Shown here piece by piece: positions 6,541 to 10,538 of a stretch of 10,538 nucleotides of DNA. Origin of the DNA: Thermotogota bacterium (GTDB taxonomy: Bacteria > Bipolaricaulota > Bipolaricaulia > UBA7950 > UBA9294); contig JBDKUT010000139.1 in the NCBI GenBank assembly GCA_039679545.1, forward strand, positions 1 to 10,538. Direction: 5' to 3'. The position numbers and the translations under genes were made by a program. The first letter of the stretch is position 1. The number at the start of each line of letters is the position of its first letter. The notes beneath the pieces are model-generated. The model was not told the DNA's origin. It did no database searches and saw only the letters and a list, made by a program, of their open reading frames with translations.

Positions 6541-7868
6541 TTGCGCCCGCCCTGCGCCTTGCGCTCCCCGCGGAGCTGCGCGTAGTAGTCGTCAAGCCGG
6601 ACGTGTTCCTTGTATTGCTCGTAGGTCATGTCCGCCTCCGTCATCTCGAAGATCGGCCCGTCCCGGTGAACGGGGACGATGAAGCCCGTGATGCCGTTGC
6701 GGTTCTTGAAGTTGACCACGCGGCAATAGTTGAGCTCGCGCTCCGGCGGGGTATGCAGAATCTTGAAGCCTACGTCGATGACGCCCTTCTTCCCCTTCGA
6801 CTTCGCGACGTCCTCGTCCGCGTTGAGCTGCGACGCGCTCCACCCGACGAAGCGGTGCCGCTTCGCGACGGTGCGGAACTGCCGCCAGAGGTTCTCGATC
6901 TCCGTCCACTCCGACCGCTCCTGTTGCGCCGGCTTGATGAGGTCGAGGTAGTCGATGATGACGACGTCCGGGTGCCATCGCTTCCGGGAAAGCCGGGCGA
7001 GCAGCGCCTCAAGGTCGTAGAGCGTCGAGCGGTCGTTCGCCCATTCCACGAACTTGATGTCGCCGCCGACCTGCCGCACGGTCGCGATCTGCCGGATGAC
7101 CTCGTCGGCCCGGTCCCCGTATTCGTGGACCGGAATCCTCGTCATGAGGCAGTCGAAGCGGAGCTCCTGATCCGTCTTGTCAAGCTCGCAGGTGAGCGTG
7201 ACGAAGAGGACTTTGCGCTTCGCGAAGAGCGCCGCCCTCGCGATGTTGAGCAGCAAAACGCTCTTCCCGCCGCCGTAGTCCGCGGCGACGAGCCCGACCT
7301 GCCCGAACCGTAGCCCGCCCTGCGTGTTGTGGTCGATCGTCTGCATGCCCGTCGGGATGCGATCGTCTTGGAACTTCGTCGTCATGTATTTCACCCGCTC
7401 CGCGAGCCCCTCCGTCCACGACGGCGGCTCCCCCTCGACGGCGAGAACCTTCGTCTGCGCGGCCTCGATGCGCTCGACGACCTTCGCGAAGTCGCCGGAG
7501 AGGATGTCGTCCTGACTCTCGCGGATCGCGTTGCCGAGCTCGATCTCCTTCACGAACTCGAGCATGTTCTCGGTGTAGAACCGCTCGCTCGTCTCCTCCG
7601 CGGAGGGGAGCCCCGCGAGCAATTCGAGGATTTCGTCCGCTAGAAACCGCTGATTGCGCTGGATGTAAAGCGTGATCTCCGCGATGCCCGGCCCCGCCTC
7701 GTAGCGCTCGACGTAGCGCTGGACCGCCTTGAAAAGAATCCCCTCCGCCTGCACCGTGAAATACTCCGGCTTGAGCAGGTGGAAATAGGTATCGAAGAAC
7801 CGCGGATTCCCGAACAGCAGCGCGAAAATCCCGTGCGTGAATTGGACGCCCTTGTTCGACTTCGGCAT
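6537..7868 (-). CDS. DnaB/T4 gp41-like replicative helicase (SF4, 443 aa)
   Basis: IPTG..ID..TQGGL, Walker A ADYGGGKS, Walker B VIIDYLD, SASQLN, and arginine-finger KNRNG. AGGGGG RBS. Confidence 0.93.
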   Translation of the reverse strand: MPKSNKGVQFTHGIFALLFGNPRFFDTYFHLLKPEYFTVQAEGILFKAVQRYVERYEAGPGIAEITLYIQRNQRFLADEILELLAGLPSAEETSERFYTENMLEFVKEIELGNAIRESQDDILSGDFAKVVERIEAAQTKVLAVEGEPPSWTEGLAERVKYMTTKFQDDRIPTGMQTIDHNTQGGLRFGQVGLVAADYGGGKSVLLLNIARAALFAKRKVLFVTLTCELDKTDQELRFDCLMTRIPVHEYGDRADEVIRQIATVRQVGGDIKFVEWANDRSTLYDLEALLARLSRKRWHPDVVIIDYLDLIKPAQQERSEWTEIENLWRQFRTVAKRHRFVGWSASQLNADEDVAKSKGKKGVIDVGFKILHTPPERELNYCRVVNFKNRNGITGFIVPVHRDGPIFEMTEADMTYEQYKEHVRLDDYYAQLRGERKAQGGRK

Positions 7869-7881
7869 CGGTCCCCCTAAA

Positions 7882-7896
7882 GCGAAATTATTTCGT
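7882..7896. promoter_or_regulatory. Near-perfect palindrome GCGAAAT-T-ATTTCGT, putative operator, copy 2
   Basis: Matches the copy at 308-322 at 14 of 15 positions. It overlaps the stop codon of the 172-aa ORF and ends 13 bp before the helicase ATG. Confidence 0.55.
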
Positions 7897-8406
7897 CTCT
7901 ACCCGGTCGCTCTTCCGCTGATGCGCTTCGAGGTAGCGGACGACGGACGCCTGCCAGATGCCGAGCGGCTGCGTCTCGTCCTCGAACAACTCGCAAAAGT
8001 GCGCGTTGCCGACAAGCTCCTCGGCGGGGACCGTGATGAGATCCCAATAGCGCCGGTCGTTCAGGATCTCGTGGATGCGCCGCTGGTGCTCCTCGCTCGC
8101 CGTCCTCTTCCGCAGGCCCGCCCAAAGGTTGACCGCGCCGGCCTGAATGAGATGCTGCATGTAGCGCTCGCCGGAGAGCGTGACGAGCGTCGGGGGGACG
8201 CCACAGCGCGTCTTCTCGTGCGTGCATGCCGCCTCGATGTAGACCTCGACCGGGCGCCCGAACTTGCGGGCGAGATCCGCGACGCGGGCGAGGATGTCAA
8301 TCTCGCCCGCCGTGAACGCCCGCTTCATCTCGTGACCCGGAAAATACCGCTTGACGAGCGCGCGGTAAACCGTCCCCGCCGCCCCTGCTTCTCTGACCGT
8401 TGCCAC
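7888..8406 (-). CDS. Hypothetical protein (172 aa) between the two helicases
   Basis: AGGAGG RBS. The GTG overlaps the upstream TAG (TAGTG). Fills the gap with globular-looking composition and no recognisable motif. Confidence 0.82.
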   Translation of the reverse strand: MATVREAGAAGTVYRALVKRYFPGHEMKRAFTAGEIDILARVADLARKFGRPVEVYIEAACTHEKTRCGVPPTLVTLSGERYMQHLIQAGAVNLWAGLRKRTASEEHQRRIHEILNDRRYWDLITVPAEELVGNAHFCELFEDETQPLGIWQASVVRYLEAHQRKSDRVETK

Positions 8407-10295
8407 TACCGTTTCCTCCTCGCTCTCATGGCCGCTCGATCGCGCATGAGAAACGTCCTGAGATTGCCCTTCGTGCGGAGGTTCGCGTAAATGTCGTCCT
8501 CCACGCTGTTCTTGATGCGGAGCTCCCTTCGATAAATAGCCTCATAAACCTCGCTGCCGATGCGGTTCGTGCGCCCGTCGGCCTGATACATGTTGCCGAA
8601 ATTCCAGTCCCGTGAAAAGTTGAAAATCTGGTTGACGAATTGGAGCCCGATGCTCTCGCTGATCGTACCGTAGGTCGCGATGAGAACGCGGAATCGGTGC
8701 TCCTTGAAGTCGCGCAGGATGGCGGTCTTCTTCGGGGTCGCCATGCCCCCGACAATGGCGCGGAAATCGGCCTCGATCGACTGCATGGCCCTCGTCAGGA
8801 TTTCCGCCTCCCCCCGGAAGAAGCACCAGATCTGCACGCGGTCGTCCTCGGGGATGTCCTCGAGAATCTCGAGCAGGCGGTCGAGCTTCGGGTTGCGGTC
8901 GAGGAACACCCGACCGCGATCCTTGTCGTCGTAGAACCCTGAGCAGATCTTGCGCTGCTGCATGCGGATGCGCTGGATCTCCGCCATGAGCCCGCCCGCG
9001 GGGATGTCGTCCGCCTCCTCGATCGTCACGAGCTGCGGCTCCTCCGGCACCTCGATCTCACCGCCCGCCTCCTCCACTCGGCGGTAGATCTCCTCCGCCC
9101 GCGCGTCGAGGTCGGCAAGGCGCGCCGCTTGCTCCCCGGCCGGCGCCAGCTCGTAGTGCTTGACGATCTCTTCCGGAAGGTCGAGGCACTCCCGCCGCTC
9201 GAACGAAAGCGTGAGCGGCTCGAGCCGCTTCTTGATCTTGTCATACGAGCCCTTGTAAGGCACGAGTTTTTTGTAAACCTTGCCGACGGGGAAGAAGTAG
9301 GTGTTCGTGAAGTGGAAGAAATCGGCGCCGAACGTGGCGCCGCCGTCGAGGATGAAAATCTGCGCGTAACTGTCCATGATATTTTTCGGCGTGAACGTGC
9401 CCGTGAGGATCTGCCTGAACTTGAGCGACGTGGCCTGCCGCGCGAACTTCCGGATCGCCTGCGCGCGCTTGCTCCGGGACATCGCCTTCGCCCGGTGCGA
9501 CTCGTCAACGATGAGCGTGTCGAACACCCCAACCAATTCGTCCCGGATGAAGCCTGCCGGCGTGAGAAGACACTTCGCCGCGATGTTCCACGAGAGCGCG
9601 TAGGCCTGATATTCGTTGAACCCGCCGCGCGCGACCTTCTCGAAATCCGCCGTGCTCAAGATCGGGCGCATGGCGAGCGAGGAAAGGAGGCTGAACTCGT
9701 CGCCCCACCCGACGTCGAGGGAATACGACGGCGCGATGATGAGCGCCGTGTTCGCCTCGCCCCGCGCGGAGCGGTAGGCGAAGGCGTCGATGGCAACCTG
9801 CGTCTTCCCCATGCCGACGTCCGTCGTGAGCCCGACGTTCGGGAAAAGCAGCGCGAAAAGAAAAAGGAACTGCTGATGGAGGAGCGGCTTCCGCTTGAAC
9901 GGGTAGAGGTCGAGAACCCCGGGAACCTCCTCGATCCCGTCGCGGTCCCGCGTCTTCCGCTCCGCCAGCAGACTGAGGAAGGTCCGCAGCGCCGCGCGCC
10001 GCTCCTCGATCTCCCGCGCCGCCGCGAGGAAGGACGGGTCGCGGTGCAGGCCGGGCACCTGCTCGATGTTGACGCCGGCCGGGCAGTCCTCGAGAATGTA
10101 GCGCAGCGTGTCGGCGCTGAGCGGAACGCTCCAAACGCCGGAGAGCCGGAGGAATGTTCGGTCGGGGACGGTGCGCCGGAACGCCACGGCCCGCTCGCTG
10201 CTCCCCTTCATGCGGTCGACCCGTAGGTGCAGCGCCGGCCGGCGCCCCTCCTGCCGCGGTGCCATCGCCATCTGGATGTAGCCCGTTCGTTCCAT
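8406..10295 (-). CDS. SNF2-family (SF2) helicase/translocase (629 aa)
   Basis: HQ (Q motif), DVGMGKT (I), LIIAP (Ia), IVDESH (II), LTGTFTPKN (III), LDLPE, PKLDRLLEIL, IWCFFR (IV), ESIGLQ (V), QADGRTNRIG (VI). Confidence 0.93.
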   Translation of the reverse strand: MERTGYIQMAMAPRQEGRRPALHLRVDRMKGSSERAVAFRRTVPDRTFLRLSGVWSVPLSADTLRYILEDCPAGVNIEQVPGLHRDPSFLAAAREIEERRAALRTFLSLLAERKTRDRDGIEEVPGVLDLYPFKRKPLLHQQFLFLFALLFPNVGLTTDVGMGKTQVAIDAFAYRSARGEANTALIIAPSYSLDVGWGDEFSLLSSLAMRPILSTADFEKVARGGFNEYQAYALSWNIAAKCLLTPAGFIRDELVGVFDTLIVDESHRAKAMSRSKRAQAIRKFARQATSLKFRQILTGTFTPKNIMDSYAQIFILDGGATFGADFFHFTNTYFFPVGKVYKKLVPYKGSYDKIKKRLEPLTLSFERRECLDLPEEIVKHYELAPAGEQAARLADLDARAEEIYRRVEEAGGEIEVPEEPQLVTIEEADDIPAGGLMAEIQRIRMQQRKICSGFYDDKDRGRVFLDRNPKLDRLLEILEDIPEDDRVQIWCFFRGEAEILTRAMQSIEADFRAIVGGMATPKKTAILRDFKEHRFRVLIATYGTISESIGLQFVNQIFNFSRDWNFGNMYQADGRTNRIGSEVYEAIYRRELRIKNSVEDDIYANLRTKGNLRTFLMRDRAAMRARRKR

Positions 10296-10312
10296 GCCCG
10301 CCCCCCTTTTTC

Positions 10313-10330
10313 ATATATGCCCCGCCGCGC
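10313..10330 (-). promoter_or_regulatory. Putative promoter element (GC run followed by ATATAT) at the head of the replication operon
   Basis: Minus strand reads gcgcggcggggc-ATATAT-17 nt-ATG, parallel to the motif at 290-306. Confidence 0.45.
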
Positions 10331-10430
10331 GCGCCATCCTGCCAACGGCGCCCCGCGGGGTGGTGCGGGCGCCTCTTCCCCCGTCCGCAGCATCCGGCGC
10401 CCCGCCTTGGACGTTTAACCGCGTTCCGTG

Positions 10431-10470
10431 AAAAGTGGAACGGACCCCGTCTCCGGGGTCCGTCCGTTCC
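10431..10470 (-). terminator. Probable intrinsic terminator of the upstream gene
   Basis: 10-bp perfect stem acggaccccg/cggggtccgt (10440-10463), extendable to 13 bp with a 4-nt bulge. The loop is GAGA (GNRA) on the minus strand and is followed by ACTTTT. It lies just after a TAA at 10486. Confidence 0.7.
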
Positions 10471-10485
10471 GCGGGGCGCCTGCCG

Positions 10486-10538
10486 TTAGGCCTGCGCCGT
10501 CTGGTCCGCCTGCGTCGCGGAGATCTGCTTCCGCTCGG
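10486..10538 (-). CDS. 3' end of an upstream gene, product unknown
   Basis: The frame reads ...ERKQISATQADQTAQA-TAA with every third position G or C, and a terminator-like hairpin follows. Confidence 0.55.
   Translation of the reverse strand, partial: ERKQISATQADQTAQA

Noticed and set aside
466..10295. Genome-wide stop-codon reassignment (TAG as sense)
   Set aside because: Every conserved gene is full length under the standard code, and TAG appears only at plausible gene ends.
1955..10314. Many alternative-frame minus-strand ORFs rich in R/G/A/P (e.g. 1955..3067, 3628..4452, 9505..10314)
   Set aside because: Out-of-frame overlaps with motif-supported genes, with composition typical of off-frame GC-rich DNA.

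Overview
GC-rich window holding a tightly packed, entirely minus-strand DNA replication and recombination module, most consistent with a large dsDNA phage or prophage (inferred from gene content). Order in the direction of transcription: 3' end of an upstream gene, terminator hairpin, SNF2-type SF2 helicase, 172-aa hypothetical protein, DnaB/gp41-like helicase, Zn-finger/TOPRIM primase, family A DNA polymerase (real start about 5492), small ORF, gp32-like ssDNA-binding protein, divergent RecA, hairpin, and the 5' part of an Mre11/SbcD-type nuclease that the ORF track missed. Main oddities: (1) the gp32-like SSB looks circularly permuted; (2) the PolA has a C4 zinc-finger-like insert in the thumb, a roughly 100-aa insert in the exonuclease domain and a Leu at the 762-equivalent position; (3) a 15-bp palindromic operator-like sequence occurs twice; (4) an ATATAT motif sits at nearly the same spacing before both apparent operon heads. 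All family assignments come from recognising motifs by eye. No database searches were run.
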